Assembly: GCA_044226015.1 (NCBI GenBank)
Contig: JBGAHS010000006.1
Span: 579,722 to 643,721, forward strand
Direction: 5' to 3'
DNA length: 64,000 nt
Origin: Candidatus Obscuribacteraceae bacterium
GTDB lineage: Bacteria > Cyanobacteriota > Vampirovibrionia > Obscuribacterales > Obscuribacteraceae
In this document: one piece after another, positions 36,957 through 47,484 of the stretch
How the letters are laid out: each line of letters opens with the position of its first letter
How positions within the stretch are numbered: the first letter of the stretch is position 1
Notes under the pieces: generated by a model
Told to the model about the DNA's origin: nothing
Seen by the model: only the letters and a program-made list of their open reading frames with translations
Databases searched by the model: none
Translations under genes and position numbers: made by a program

Positions 36957-37094
36957 GCAGACAGGGTTGGAAAACTTGGCGACTTGGCAATTGGACAGCA
37001 GCAATTATTGCTGCTCCAGACCGCACCCTTTCTACCGCTTCAAAAAGAGCGTGCGGCACTAATGGGCTCTAACTTACTCCGGGGGGGTCGCCGC

Positions 37095-38327
37095 GTGTTT
37101 CCGAGGGTCAAATTAAAGAAATCCAGCCAGAGTCTATTAGTCATAGCAAGCACAAGCTTCAGCATCGGTCAGGTTCAGGCTCAGGAAATCACAGGTCAGC
37201 AGGTTCTGCCGCCAATCGTCACTGGTACAGAGGCAGTCGCCGACAGTCCTGGCATGACGAGAGGCTTGCCTAATGTGGTCACGGAACCCGATCCAGCAAA
37301 ACCAGGTTCCAGCACTAGCGAAATTGAAATCGCAAACCTAGAACAACGCTTTTTTGACCATGATTTTCACTCAGACTCGCTGACAGAGCGCCTCAGTCGG
37401 CTAGAGCAATTAATTTTCGGCTCAGAAACCGCTGGTAACATAGACCAGAGACTTGCAGGACTTAGAGCGGCAGCCGACAAGAAAGAGGTTGAAGACAAGT
37501 CAGCTGCTGCTGCGATACCCAAGAAAGTCGCGCCAGAAAAAGAAACATTCAACTCAGTTATGAGCAACGGAATTGCCGAATACAACTTGATGCGTTATCA
37601 CCATGCACAAGAAGAATTCGAAAAAGCAATCAAGTTAAATCCACTTTCTCCAGAAGCCTATGCCAACCTGGGAGGAGTGTTTCTCATGCTGAGAGATAAA
37701 GACAACGCAAAGGAAGCGTTCAAGGCTTGCTTCAGTTTGCATCCATTCGGAAAGATAGGCGAATATGCAAAGCAGAAGATTCTCAAAATAGCAGAGGAAG
37801 AAGCTTACGCGAAGACCAATCCACAAGATTCACAAAAGACGGTTAATCGTACAATAGCGCTTATCGATCGGCAAAGCGGAGATCGGGCAAGAACTTATCA
37901 AAATGATGCCACACGAGTAGCTCAATACAGGATCGACCTCGCCAATCGCCAAATACAAAAGCTGACGAATGACCCATTTTACGGCATTGCGCGCAACCAT
38001 CACTATAACAATGGCTATTTTGGAGATGTAAGCGATTGGAACTACATCAAAACTAACTATCTTCGAACAGACGGAATGGTCCAAGCCAACATGGCTGTGA
38101 TAGACGGAAACAATAAAGCAAGTTCGGTCATAAACTCCGGTGCGAACCTGAAAGATCAACTGCTTCAGCCAAAAACGTCTACAGATGGTGTTAGACTGCG
38201 CGCACTTGGAACTAGCCTATATGCCAGATATTATGGAGATGGACTACCAAGCACAGTTGACCCACCAGCTATCGACCCATCGCTTCCGGCTCTGCAAGCC
38301 ACCGCAATTGGTATCAACAAGAAATAG
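37095..38327 (+). CDS. exported TPR-repeat protein
   Basis: Likely GTG start at 37095 after a G-rich SD, giving a signal peptide ending VQAQ; LE.RFF...ERLSRLEQLIFG motif; TPR (AIKLNP..PEAYANLG). Confidence 0.78.
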   Translation: MFPRVKLKKSSQSLLVIASTSFSIGQVQAQEITGQQVLPPIVTGTEAVADSPGMTRGLPNVVTEPDPAKPGSSTSEIEIANLEQRFFDHDFHSDSLTERLSRLEQLIFGSETAGNIDQRLAGLRAAADKKEVEDKSAAAAIPKKVAPEKETFNSVMSNGIAEYNLMRYHHAQEEFEKAIKLNPLSPEAYANLGGVFLMLRDKDNAKEAFKACFSLHPFGKIGEYAKQKILKIAEEEAYAKTNPQDSQKTVNRTIALIDRQSGDRARTYQNDATRVAQYRIDLANRQIQKLTNDPFYGIARNHHYNNGYFGDVSDWNYIKTNYLRTDGMVQANMAVIDGNNKASSVINSGANLKDQLLQPKTSTDGVRLRALGTSLYARYYGDGLPSTVDPPAIDPSLPALQATAIGINKK

Positions 38328-38336
38328 GAGTGTGCC

Positions 38337-39116
38337 ATGAGTTTTACTCAAACAGGCAGAGCCTGCTTGCCCCTTTTGCTGGTTTTTCTGTCTTGCCCAA
38401 GTGCTTCAGCTAGTGACTATGATGATTACATTGAGAAAGTGCAGCCAGGGAGAATTGACTCTGCCCAACGTATCATTGCCCAAGCAAAACAATTCAAACT
38501 CAATGCCAAGCAATACCATTTGGATGCAAAAAAATCGATTGAAGAAGCAAAAAAATTGAAAGGCAAGGCTGACGCCTTAAACGGCGCTCTTGACGCGAAC
38601 GCACCAAAAGAATATTCCGCATCGCTGAAAGCATTTCAAGATCACGCAAAACTATACCGCAGTCACCTTGAACAAGTAGAGAAAAATTATGGTTATTGCA
38701 AAGACACCGCAGCCCAATACGAAGCTTCATTAAAAGAGCTGAGCTTGCACACTGAACGTTTTCACATACCAAGCATCAGACCTCCACATATTTGCGGCAT
38801 GATGGACCTATCTGCAGCAGAGTCTAATCACGTCGCCAACGCCATGAGAGCAGACGAGATCCGAGTAGCGCAATCTGAAGCCGCCCTGGCGAGTTCTGAA
38901 GCCAAGCTTCAAAATGCAATCAATAACAGCAGGCACTCAAGTCAGGCTGCAGGCAATAGAAACAGGTTGCAAGAGGAAGAGCGCAACCTTGCTGGCGAGT
39001 TTGCAAAATTGAAAACGGAATATGAGCTGCTCGACTTGCAGCACTCAGCTTTATTAGGCGCCAGAGGAAAGTTGAGTGGCAGCACGAGCAACGTGAAAGG
39101 TGAAATCAAACACTAA
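38337..39116 (+). CDS. hypothetical exported coiled-coil protein
   Basis: AGGAG RBS, signal peptide, helical heptad composition; directly follows the TPR gene. Confidence 0.75.
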   Translation: MSFTQTGRACLPLLLVFLSCPSASASDYDDYIEKVQPGRIDSAQRIIAQAKQFKLNAKQYHLDAKKSIEEAKKLKGKADALNGALDANAPKEYSASLKAFQDHAKLYRSHLEQVEKNYGYCKDTAAQYEASLKELSLHTERFHIPSIRPPHICGMMDLSAAESNHVANAMRADEIRVAQSEAALASSEAKLQNAINNSRHSSQAAGNRNRLQEEERNLAGEFAKLKTEYELLDLQHSALLGARGKLSGSTSNVKGEIKH

Positions 39117-39913
39117 TGCTTCGAGCGCAAGAAATCAACAAATAACTGTTTGTAATTCTGCCCATCAGAGTTATCAATCGGTTTAAAAGCTCCAACTCTT
39201 TTGTAAATAGCGTGCCCATTTTGTAAGTCACGTGGCAAGCCGTGGGAGTCAAAACTCTTCGACGTGTAGTTTACTTTTATCTGCCCTTCAGCAATGGGTT
39301 CGTATGTTTTGATATCCTCGCGTCGAAAAGAATCAACGATTACCCCAGTCCGTTTATCCACAATAAGAGAAGTGGCTAAAATCCTCATTACGACTCTGTC
39401 TTTTTCAACGACTTCTGGTCCGTACCAGTCTATTTGATTGAACGTAAACTGTTTAGCCTGTTCAGCTTTGCTAGACCCAGACTCGACATAGTAATGCCAG
39501 ATATTTCCTTTCGCGTCCTGCTGATAGCCATGAGATTCCTGCCCGAGAGAACTGAGCGTATGGTTAGGATGCGCAGTTTCACCGCTCACATAGTCTTTTT
39601 GATAATCGATGGTCGTGGAGTTGCTTTGAAATAGTCCCGCGAACCAGGCTGGAATTTGAAACCAATTGCTTGCATATTTTGCGTGCTGTGAAATTGCCTG
39701 GGAATCAAAGTTAGCACCAGTCTGCATCGACTCGTCCAAGGGAGCCAGTTTTTCTGAATGATCTACCTGCCCCTTCAAGAAAAATTTTCGAGAAGGTCCA
39801 TCTTGAGAAAGAGTACTCGAAGCTGGCTTTTTTACAGCATCTTCGTCCCAATCGGATGCCAATGCCATGGGAATAAAGCAAAAGACAAAACAAACTGTCA
39901 AAAATGTACGCAT
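39113..39913 (-). CDS. hypothetical exported protein
   Basis: Signal peptide; WFQIPAWFAG motif; beta-rich body. Confidence 0.75.
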   Translation of the reverse strand: MRTFLTVCFVFCFIPMALASDWDEDAVKKPASSTLSQDGPSRKFFLKGQVDHSEKLAPLDESMQTGANFDSQAISQHAKYASNWFQIPAWFAGLFQSNSTTIDYQKDYVSGETAHPNHTLSSLGQESHGYQQDAKGNIWHYYVESGSSKAEQAKQFTFNQIDWYGPEVVEKDRVVMRILATSLIVDKRTGVIVDSFRREDIKTYEPIAEGQIKVNYTSKSFDSHGLPRDLQNGHAIYKRVGAFKPIDNSDGQNYKQLFVDFLRSKH

Positions 39914-39991
39914 GCAATACTATTGTGTGATCTTTTTTGTGCTAAGCTCAGCGCGCTGCAACCAATATTCTATCTGGTTTTTATCAAACTT

Positions 39992-40852
39992 ATGACTAAA
40001 CAGAAAGCTGATACAAAAAAAATCACCTCAACTGCTAAAGCTAAAAGCAATGAGAAGTCACAGCGGTCTGGGCAAACGAAATCAAAAACGCCCAGCAAAA
40101 GTAGTGTTGCTGTAAAAGCGACAAAAGCTTTGAAGTCTGCGCCAAGAAAGAAGACGGACGACGCGGCCGATATGCCTAAAATCGTCAGTGATGATTTAAT
40201 GCCAGAGGAGAAAAAAGCCCAAGAGAAATTGAAGTTGCCATTCGATGCCAAAGCAGCATGCAAGCATGTTTCAGCAGTGGACAAAAAGCTGGCGGAGATC
40301 ATCGAAATCGTTGGTCCGTGCAGACTTGAACTGATGGTGATGCACGACTGCTTCGAAACATTGCTTGAATCTATCGTTTATCAACAGCTCACGGGCAAAG
40401 CTGCTGCAACAATTCTTGGTCGCGTAAAAGGACTTTATAAGAATAAGTTTCCGACACCTGCGCAGGTCCTAAAAACAACAGATGAGCAACTCAGGGCAGT
40501 TGGTCTATCAGGCGCCAAAACCGCAGCTATTAAAGACCTGGCAGAGAAAACAAAAGATGGAAAAATTCCGAGTATTGATGCACTCAAAAAGATGAGCGAT
40601 GAAGAAATCGTTCGCACACTCAGCGCGGTCAGAGGCATCGGTGAGTGGACAGTACAAATGCTGCTTATTTTCAGACTGGGGCGACCCGATGTTATGCCAA
40701 GCAATGATTACGGCGTTCGCAAAGGCTATGCAAAAATCTATAAGAAGAAAGATCTCCCTACACCAAAAGAATTGCTGCAAGCTTCCGAGAAATGGAAGCC
40801 TTACAGAACGATAGCTTCCTGGTACTTCTGGCGTTCATTAGAACTAAAATGA
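39992..40852 (+). CDS. DNA-3-methyladenine glycosylase II (AlkA/HhH-GPD family)
   Basis: SIVYQQL..KAA, HhH VRGIGEWT, LGRPDVMP.NDYGVR, W.PYRT.A.WY.WR; start at ATG 39992. Confidence 0.9.
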   Translation: MTKQKADTKKITSTAKAKSNEKSQRSGQTKSKTPSKSSVAVKATKALKSAPRKKTDDAADMPKIVSDDLMPEEKKAQEKLKLPFDAKAACKHVSAVDKKLAEIIEIVGPCRLELMVMHDCFETLLESIVYQQLTGKAAATILGRVKGLYKNKFPTPAQVLKTTDEQLRAVGLSGAKTAAIKDLAEKTKDGKIPSIDALKKMSDEEIVRTLSAVRGIGEWTVQMLLIFRLGRPDVMPSNDYGVRKGYAKIYKKKDLPTPKELLQASEKWKPYRTIASWYFWRSLELK

Positions 40853-40885
40853 AGGGTTGCGCCAATGTTTCAGCGCAACCCTTCA
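40850..40885. terminator. hairpin between the convergent glycosylase and SOD genes
   Basis: TGAAGGGTTGCGC-N10-GCGCAACCCTTCA, a perfect 13-bp stem. Confidence 0.7.
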
Positions 40886-40908
40886 ATAAGGATGTCTCTC
40901 TGCTCAGA

Positions 40909-41706
40909 TTAGACTGTGCTATCTGCTCCAGTGATTGCTTTGCGAGCATTCGCAAAACGTTTTCCGCAAACATCCCAATCTATTGTTTTGACAAACGCAT
41001 CGAGATAGTTTGCTCTGTTGATACCGTAATCGATCATATAAGCATGCTCGTAAACATCAAGAGCAACGATTGGAATCACCCCTACAGGCGACCACATATT
41101 GTGCATGTCTAGCCCGTACAAATGCATTGCAGCATCGCGCGTGTTCCAGCCGAGAATAACCCAGCCTCTCATGCACTTTCCTGCTGCTTTGAGGGTGTCA
41201 ATAAACTTGCCGTTATTACCCCATTTTGCTTCGATAGCAGCCTTCAAATCACCTGTTGCTTCGCCGCCGGAACCACCAAGATTGCCGAAATACAATTCAT
41301 GGTAAATGACTCCGTTGAGAGCAAAACTCTGTTCCATAAGCAATTCACGCAAAGGAGAATAAGTAGCGTTAGGCGCAGGATTTTGTGTTAGTAGATCGGG
41401 AGCGTTCAATAGAGCATTGATTTCTTTGGTCTTTGTGACATAGCCCTTGTACAACTTCAAGTGTTGTTCAATTTGATTTGAGCTAAGCCCCTCAATTTTC
41501 TTGCTTAGCAAGGAAGAAAAATCTTTCTCCTGAATTTCTCCAGCAACAGCAGCAGCTTTTGGGGCTTCGGTTGCAGCTGAAACCGCTGCGCTACCAAGAA
41601 CTGAGCCAGCAGCAAGAGCGCCCATCAGCAGTACTTCTCGTCTGGTGGTCAGTTTGCCTTCAGAAATCTCATAGTTTCCAATTACTTCGTTATTCTTGGT
41701 TGTCAT
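40909..41706 (-). CDS. Fe/Mn superoxide dismutase with twin-arginine signal
   Basis: TRREVL + hydrophobic stretch; ligand motifs QHLKLYKGYV, HELYF, LDVYEHAY. Confidence 0.9.
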   Translation of the reverse strand: MTTKNNEVIGNYEISEGKLTTRREVLLMGALAAGSVLGSAAVSAATEAPKAAAVAGEIQEKDFSSLLSKKIEGLSSNQIEQHLKLYKGYVTKTKEINALLNAPDLLTQNPAPNATYSPLRELLMEQSFALNGVIYHELYFGNLGGSGGEATGDLKAAIEAKWGNNGKFIDTLKAAGKCMRGWVILGWNTRDAAMHLYGLDMHNMWSPVGVIPIVALDVYEHAYMIDYGINRANYLDAFVKTIDWDVCGKRFANARKAITGADSTV

Positions 41707-41945
41707 GTAATCATCCTATACACTGTTCCCTCTTGAAATCGTTGCACGCAGTAAAAACCTGTGTACAAATTCAGAGTAAAGCATATCTGTGTCTATTAAC
41801 GCCACAGTAGAAGATGGAAACAACGGGTGAATTTAATCCCTTAAAGAATGTAAGCGGATAAATAAAGAAGTAAAATTTGCAGCGAAAATGATGCAGATGA
41901 CCGGATTTAGAACTGGTCACAAACAATAGTTCTAGGGTGCCATAA

Positions 41946-43421
41946 ATGACCACAACACAAGCCAAAGCAGAGACTACGGAAAAGAATCAAGTGAAACCAA
42001 GTGCAAGTTATAGCCTGACACTGAGACTCAAAATTCAGAATAGACCAGGCATGCTGGGCAAAGTGACCTCAAAAATTGGAGAAATTGGCGGCGATATCGG
42101 AGCAATCGACATTGCTGGCTTTGAAGATGAGTGCATTATTCGTGACCTGACGGTTGCAGTACGTGACGAAGCTCACGGCGAAAAACTAGTTGCAGACTTG
42201 AAGGCAGTGGATGGAATCGAAGTCGTTCACGTTTCAGACAGAACATTCCTGATGCATCTAGGCGGCAAAATTCGAGTCACAAATAAAGTTCCATTGACTA
42301 CAAGAGATGACCTCTCTATGGCTTACACGCCGGGCGTCGCCCGCGTTTGCATGGCAATTCACAAAGAACCCGAAAATGTGTACAAATTGACTATCAAACG
42401 CAACAGTGTTGCTGTGGTCACCGATGGAACAGCTGTTCTCGGGCTGGGCGACATCGGACCAGAAGCATCGCTTCCAGTCATGGAAGGCAAGGCAATGCTG
42501 TTCAAAGAATTCGGCAAGATTGACGCTTTTCCTATTGCATTGAACACGAAAGACACAGAAGAGATTATTCAAGCAGTCAAAGCTATTGCCCCCGTATTTG
42601 GTGGCATTAACTTAGAGGACATTTCTGCTCCACGTTGCTTTGAAATTGAAAAACGGCTGAAAGAAGAACTCGACATTCCAGTGTTCCACGATGACCAGCA
42701 TGGCACCGCTGTTGTTGTTCTTGCGGCTCTCCTCAATGCTTTAAAGATAGTCAAAAAAGACATCAATGACTTGAAGATTGTTGTCACCGGAGTTGGTGCA
42801 GCTGGAGTTGCATGCTCAAAAATAATTATGTCGGCTGGCGCAAAAAACATAATTGGATTCGACAGAAAAGGAGCCATCTACAAGGGTCGCACCGACCATA
42901 TGAACTTCATGAAGGACTGGTTTGCTGAACACACCAATCCGACAGGATTTCAAGGCAGCGTGCACGAAGCTCTTGAGGGCGCTGATCTCTTCCTGGGACT
43001 TTCCGGTCCCGGAACTATCGAAGCCGTAGATCTTAAGAAGATGGCGCGCGATCCCATTGTTTTTGCAATGGCGAACCCAACCCCTGAAGTGATGCCGGAA
43101 GATGCCGCCCCTTATGTGAGAATTATGGCAACAGGGCGTTCGGATTATCCAAACCAGATTAATAACGTCCTTTGCTTCCCTGGAATCTTCCGTGGAGCAT
43201 TAGATTGCCACGCTAAAGACATCAACGAGGAAATGAAACTGGCAGCGGCAGAAGCCATTGCATCAGTCGTCTCAGCAAAAGAACTCTGCGAAGACTACAT
43301 CATTCCAGGCTGCTTTAACCCGAAGGTTGCCGAACTCGTAGCCCAGGCTGTCGTGAAAGCTGCAATCAAAACCGGGGTTGCCCGAAAAGAGCCGAAATCT
43401 CTGTCAGAGGAAGGCTATTAA
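41946..43421 (+). CDS. NAD(P)-dependent malic enzyme with N-terminal ACT domain
   Basis: [53 protein letters not shown]. Confidence 0.95.
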   Translation: MTTTQAKAETTEKNQVKPSASYSLTLRLKIQNRPGMLGKVTSKIGEIGGDIGAIDIAGFEDECIIRDLTVAVRDEAHGEKLVADLKAVDGIEVVHVSDRTFLMHLGGKIRVTNKVPLTTRDDLSMAYTPGVARVCMAIHKEPENVYKLTIKRNSVAVVTDGTAVLGLGDIGPEASLPVMEGKAMLFKEFGKIDAFPIALNTKDTEEIIQAVKAIAPVFGGINLEDISAPRCFEIEKRLKEELDIPVFHDDQHGTAVVVLAALLNALKIVKKDINDLKIVVTGVGAAGVACSKIIMSAGAKNIIGFDRKGAIYKGRTDHMNFMKDWFAEHTNPTGFQGSVHEALEGADLFLGLSGPGTIEAVDLKKMARDPIVFAMANPTPEVMPEDAAPYVRIMATGRSDYPNQINNVLCFPGIFRGALDCHAKDINEEMKLAAAEAIASVVSAKELCEDYIIPGCFNPKVAELVAQAVVKAAIKTGVARKEPKSLSEEGY

Positions 43422-43454
43422 TTAAATCGCCTTTTCAACTTGACTCGTAGAGAC

Positions 43455-43498
43455 AACTCAGGCTAAGCTCAAGGAAGATAGCCTGAGTTTCTTTTTTG
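43455..43498 (+). terminator. intrinsic terminator
   Basis: AACTCAGGCTA-N13-TAGCCTGAGTT followed by TCTTTTTT. Confidence 0.75.
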
Positions 43499-43514
43499 TT
43501 GAACGGAGAATGAG

Positions 43515-43796
43515 ATGAGTAAGTGGCTGGAAAAACGCCAGAAAAAGCGTGAAGATGATCAAAGACGTACTCGAGAGATAGAGCGGCAAGAAAAACGCGT
43601 CATTGAAGATCAAGAACGCAGGCGCAGACAGCTAGAAATCGAGCGGCGCGCCTACGAAGAGCGCATAGCCAAGCAACTAGAGGAAAAGAAAAGGCAACGT
43701 GAACTCGAGGAAGATCGATATCGAGAGCTAAGTATGAAAGAACTCGAGGAGCGCCAGAAGCAGCAAAAAGCTCAGGAAGACGACTGGAGCTTTTAA
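43515..43796 (+). CDS. small highly charged (E/R/K/Q) helical protein
   Basis: GGAG upstream; 93 aa, nearly all charged or polar residues; ends DDWSF. Confidence 0.75.
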   Translation: MSKWLEKRQKKREDDQRRTREIERQEKRVIEDQERRRRQLEIERRAYEERIAKQLEEKKRQRELEEDRYRELSMKELEERQKQQKAQEDDWSF

Positions 43797-43822
43797 ACAT
43801 TAAGCGTTATCCGCAGACATCC

Positions 43823-43851
43823 AGAGAGGGGCGATTTTCAGTCGCCTCTCT
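43823..43851. terminator. hairpin between convergent genes
   Basis: AGAGAGGGGCGAT-TTTCA-GTCGCCTCTCT imperfect inverted repeat. Confidence 0.5.
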
Positions 43852-45130
43852 AATTGTTTGCGGGTTCAGATTCACTGGGTTGAGCAAATGCTTCATCGGG
43901 ATCATCCGGCGACGCATTAGGTCTTTTGTTTACTCTGCGGTGCCGATTCAAAACTTCAGCGAAGAAGAGCGAAAGCACCAGAACAGAGCCGCAGACACCT
44001 AGATAGTAAACCTGTTGACCCACAAACCAGGTGGCAGCCAATCCCAGCAAACCGCAAAAGAGGTAAATAAGGTATGCAACTTTTTTCTGGGACAGACCGG
44101 TGTTTAGAAGCCTGTGATGAATGTGTTCAGCATCCGGAGAGAACACTGACTTTCCGCGAGCGAGTCGGCGTATGATTGCCCAGCTTGTGTCTAACAATGG
44201 GAAGAACAGAATTAACAGAGGCAGCAAAACGGTCACTGCCGTGGTTGTTTTCATGACCCCGGTTATAGACACCGAGCCTAATATAAATCCGGCAAGATAG
44301 GCCCCAGAATCTCCCAAAAATATTCGCGCGGGGTTAAAATTCCAACGCAAGAAGCCCAGTAATGCACCAGCAAGCACCGCAGCAATCCACGCAGCATAAG
44401 GCTGATTCAGATGTGGCGCCATCGCCACAGACCAGATGGTGATCGCCGAAATCAGCGAAACACCGGCAGCTAAGCCATCCATTCCATCGATGAGATTTAC
44501 GGCGTTAGCTATGCCAACAAGCCAGAGTAGAGTAAGCGGCATTGTCCATTGATGAATGTGCAAGATACCTTTTACAGTATCAAAATCGATGCCTATCACT
44601 TGCAGCGAGTTCAGGAAATTCCAATCAATTATTGGAGGAAGCGGAATAAACTCATTCATTCTCACACCGAGAGAATAAGCAGAGCAAGCAGCCAGCACCT
44701 GAATGCCGAGCTTCACTTTTGCTGGAATTGATTCGAGGTCATCTAGCAATCCCATGACAAAGATTAGCGTGCCACCAGCAGCGATACCAAGCAATCCACC
44801 CTGTCGAGGAAACCTACCGCAAATAGACATCAGCAGCACGTATGCCACCATGATGCTTATGTATATTGCGACTCCTCCCAAACGAGGAACCGCAACCTTG
44901 TGAATGCGCCGGGCTTCACCAGGTTTGTCCACCAAACCAATCGCCATCGCTCTTGACCTGATTTCAGGAGTCAACCACCAACTCACCGCAAGAGCTATGA
45001 GAAATCCGGGTACCTGGGTTTGGTCAAGATGTGCTTGAGAAACAGTAAAAGCGAGCAGAATACCTGAGGCGAGCAACAACATCTGGCAAATTCTTATCGC
45101 CAGAGTTGAAGTTCTCAAACGTGGCTTCAT
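43850..45130 (-). CDS. undecaprenyl-phosphate GlcNAc-1-phosphate transferase (WecA/TagO, MraY superfamily)
   Basis: RRIHK..VPRLGG, GLLDD, NAVNLIDGMDGLA, NFNPARIFLGDSG, DAEHIHHRL; start at ATG 45130. Confidence 0.92.
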   Translation of the reverse strand: MKPRLRTSTLAIRICQMLLLASGILLAFTVSQAHLDQTQVPGFLIALAVSWWLTPEIRSRAMAIGLVDKPGEARRIHKVAVPRLGGVAIYISIMVAYVLLMSICGRFPRQGGLLGIAAGGTLIFVMGLLDDLESIPAKVKLGIQVLAACSAYSLGVRMNEFIPLPPIIDWNFLNSLQVIGIDFDTVKGILHIHQWTMPLTLLWLVGIANAVNLIDGMDGLAAGVSLISAITIWSVAMAPHLNQPYAAWIAAVLAGALLGFLRWNFNPARIFLGDSGAYLAGFILGSVSITGVMKTTTAVTVLLPLLILFFPLLDTSWAIIRRLARGKSVFSPDAEHIHHRLLNTGLSQKKVAYLIYLFCGLLGLAATWFVGQQVYYLGVCGSVLVLSLFFAEVLNRHRRVNKRPNASPDDPDEAFAQPSESEPANN

Positions 45131-45141
45131 CGGAGCCTCGT

Positions 45142-46398
45142 TCACTTGCTCGTTACCAGCCTCTCTTTGTACAGTGGGTATTTCTCGCATAGTCTCCCTA
45201 CAGTGGACAATACTTCCTGATGTACATCAGCATCTTCCGGCGATTTCAATTTATCCGAAATAGCTTTTCCGACCAGCTTCATGTCTTCCACGCCAAGCCC
45301 GCGACTTGTCACAGCTGGAGTGCCGATTCTTATACCACTGGTTATATGAGGTTTTTGTGGGTCATTTGGAATCGTATTCTTGTTTGTAGTGATATGAACG
45401 GCTTCAAGATATTCGCAAGCTTTCTTACCGGTCATAGATACAGGACGCAAATCCACTGTCATCAAATGATTATCAGTGCCACCAGATACGATAGCAAGAC
45501 CCTCTAGTATAAGAGTTTCAGCTAACTGCCTGGCGTTTTCAACGATGCGTTTCTGATAGTCCTTGAACGATGGCTGAAGAGCTTCGTGAAAAGCCACAGC
45601 TTTAGCGGCGATGACGTGCATCAAAGGTCCGCCCTGTAGCCCAGGGAAAACAGCCTTATCAACGGCTGAAGCGTATTCCTCATGACACATAACAACACCA
45701 CCGCGTGGTCCACGCAGCGTCTTGTGAGTTGTGCTGGTCACAAAATGAGCATGTGGGAACGGACTTGGATGCAAGCCAGTTGCCACCAGACCAGCGATGT
45801 GCGCAATATCTGCCATCAGCAGAGCGCCGACTTCATCTGCAACTTCTCGGAGTTTCTGGAAGTCAATAATTCTTGGATAATTGCTGGCACCGCAGACAAT
45901 CATTTTAGGTTTGTGTTCTTTGGCGACTTTGAGAACCTGGTCATAATCAATTCGCCCTGTTTCAGAATTGATGCCATATGAAACAGCATTGAACCACTTG
46001 CCAGACATGGCAACAGGAGATCCATGGGTCAGGTGACCACCCTGGTCTAAAGCCATGCCCATGAGAGTGTCTCCAGGCTTGAGCATAGCGAAGTACACAG
46101 CCATGTTAGCTTGAGCACCACTGTGAGGCTGGACATTAGCGTGTGGAGCATTGAAAAGCTGCTTCAGCCTGTCAATTGCCAAGCGCTCGACTACATCGAC
46201 GTACTCGCAACCACCATAATATCTTTTGCCGGGTAGCCCTTCTGCATATTTGTTTGTGAGAACCGACCCCTGAGCTTCGAGAACTGCCTCGCTGACGAAG
46301 TTTTCGCTAGCTATCAGTTCCAGACCATCTTGCTGTCTCTTCAGCTCAAGCTGAATAGCCTGGTATATATCCGCATCTACATCCTTCAGACCTGGCAC
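45142..46398 (-). CDS. glyA: serine hydroxymethyltransferase
   Basis: LIASENF, NKYAEG.PG.RYYGG, GGHLTHG, PLP lysine in [15 protein letters not shown] start with GAGGAG. Confidence 0.98.
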   Translation of the reverse strand: MPGLKDVDADIYQAIQLELKRQQDGLELIASENFVSEAVLEAQGSVLTNKYAEGLPGKRYYGGCEYVDVVERLAIDRLKQLFNAPHANVQPHSGAQANMAVYFAMLKPGDTLMGMALDQGGHLTHGSPVAMSGKWFNAVSYGINSETGRIDYDQVLKVAKEHKPKMIVCGASNYPRIIDFQKLREVADEVGALLMADIAHIAGLVATGLHPSPFPHAHFVTSTTHKTLRGPRGGVVMCHEEYASAVDKAVFPGLQGGPLMHVIAAKAVAFHEALQPSFKDYQKRIVENARQLAETLILEGLAIVSGGTDNHLMTVDLRPVSMTGKKACEYLEAVHITTNKNTIPNDPQKPHITSGIRIGTPAVTSRGLGVEDMKLVGKAISDKLKSPEDADVHQEVLSTVGRLCEKYPLYKERLVTSK

Positions 46399-46523
46399 GT
46401 CTCTTCTCCTCTGGCTCTGATTCTGCTAATTCTATCGGTACAAGCGCCTGCCTCGCCATGATTTTTGCAAGAGCAATAGCTCAGTTAGGAGAAACCTAGT
46501 TAATGAACTGACTAAAGTCTGTC

Positions 46524-47357
46524 TTAGTGGGCGTCTTGACTTTCGAACTGCTTGAGTATGTCCAGTGATTTGAAGTGCTTGTTGGCGCGCTGTTCGATAT
46601 ACGATTGCAATATTCTTTGTGCCGCTTGCAAAACAGAGACAGGAAGGTTCGATTTTGTTTTGTTCGGACTGCCACTGCTTTCCTGTCGGTTCGCACGCAA
46701 AATCAGAGTTTTCCAGACCAGCGGAGTAATGTGAACTGATCGATAAAACTCATCAGCTTGCTGAATCTGCGACGAAGACTCCCTTACAACAGGTCGAGAG
46801 CCCTTTTCAAAACAGCTTGAACAAACTACTCCGCCTGCCTCAAAGACAAACCGCGACAGAATGTAATCATCGAGGGGCTCACGGCATGACACACAGAAAG
46901 TCAGCTCTGGCGTGTAGCCCAGGAAATCAAGCAGACCAAATTCAAATTCCATACAGAGCTTTAGAGGGTCAAGCTCAGTTCTTCCAAGCAGCTTCAGTGA
47001 TTCAATCAAGTAATCAAAGTAGCTTTCACGGTCCTCGTTCAGAGCTTCTCCAAAAGCCGCTGTGATCTCGGCATAATAAAGCCCATAACTCAGGCGGAAC
47101 AAATCAGCTCGCAAGAAGGAAAAACTCTCGATGGATTGCGCTTGCGTGATAATGGCAAAGGTCTTGCCGGAAGCCAGATGAAGGTCATTCACGCATAGAA
47201 CATCCGAACGCCCCGCCATTTTAGTACCGGGGCGGCGAGACCCTTTTGCGACAGCCTTCTGAACGCCACGCTGAGGCGAGAATATCGTCAAAACGCGGTC
47301 AGCCTCACCTAAATTGAAGCTACTCACATTTATTGCTGTAACGTTATAGCTCGGCAC
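46524..47357 (-). CDS. recO: DNA repair protein RecO
   Basis: LGEADRVLTIFS..G...AVAKGSRR, LGY.PEL..CVSC...GGVVCSSC. Confidence 0.93.
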   Translation of the reverse strand: MPSYNVTAINVSSFNLGEADRVLTIFSPQRGVQKAVAKGSRRPGTKMAGRSDVLCVNDLHLASGKTFAIITQAQSIESFSFLRADLFRLSYGLYYAEITAAFGEALNEDRESYFDYLIESLKLLGRTELDPLKLCMEFEFGLLDFLGYTPELTFCVSCREPLDDYILSRFVFEAGGVVCSSCFEKGSRPVVRESSSQIQQADEFYRSVHITPLVWKTLILRANRQESSGSPNKTKSNLPVSVLQAAQRILQSYIEQRANKHFKSLDILKQFESQDAH

Positions 47358-47484
47358 TGCAAATCAGAGATCAACACTAGCAATGATACCAAGCAAGCTA
47401 CAGCGCTGCCTTGAAGTCAGGAGCATTGCTGAGATTTTAACCAGTCGGGCATGCGTATCAGAAGTTCACCTGGCTGGACTTAAA

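Noticed and set aside
46399..46523. ZTP or THF riboswitch upstream of glyA
   Set aside because: No recognisable conserved core in the short spacer.
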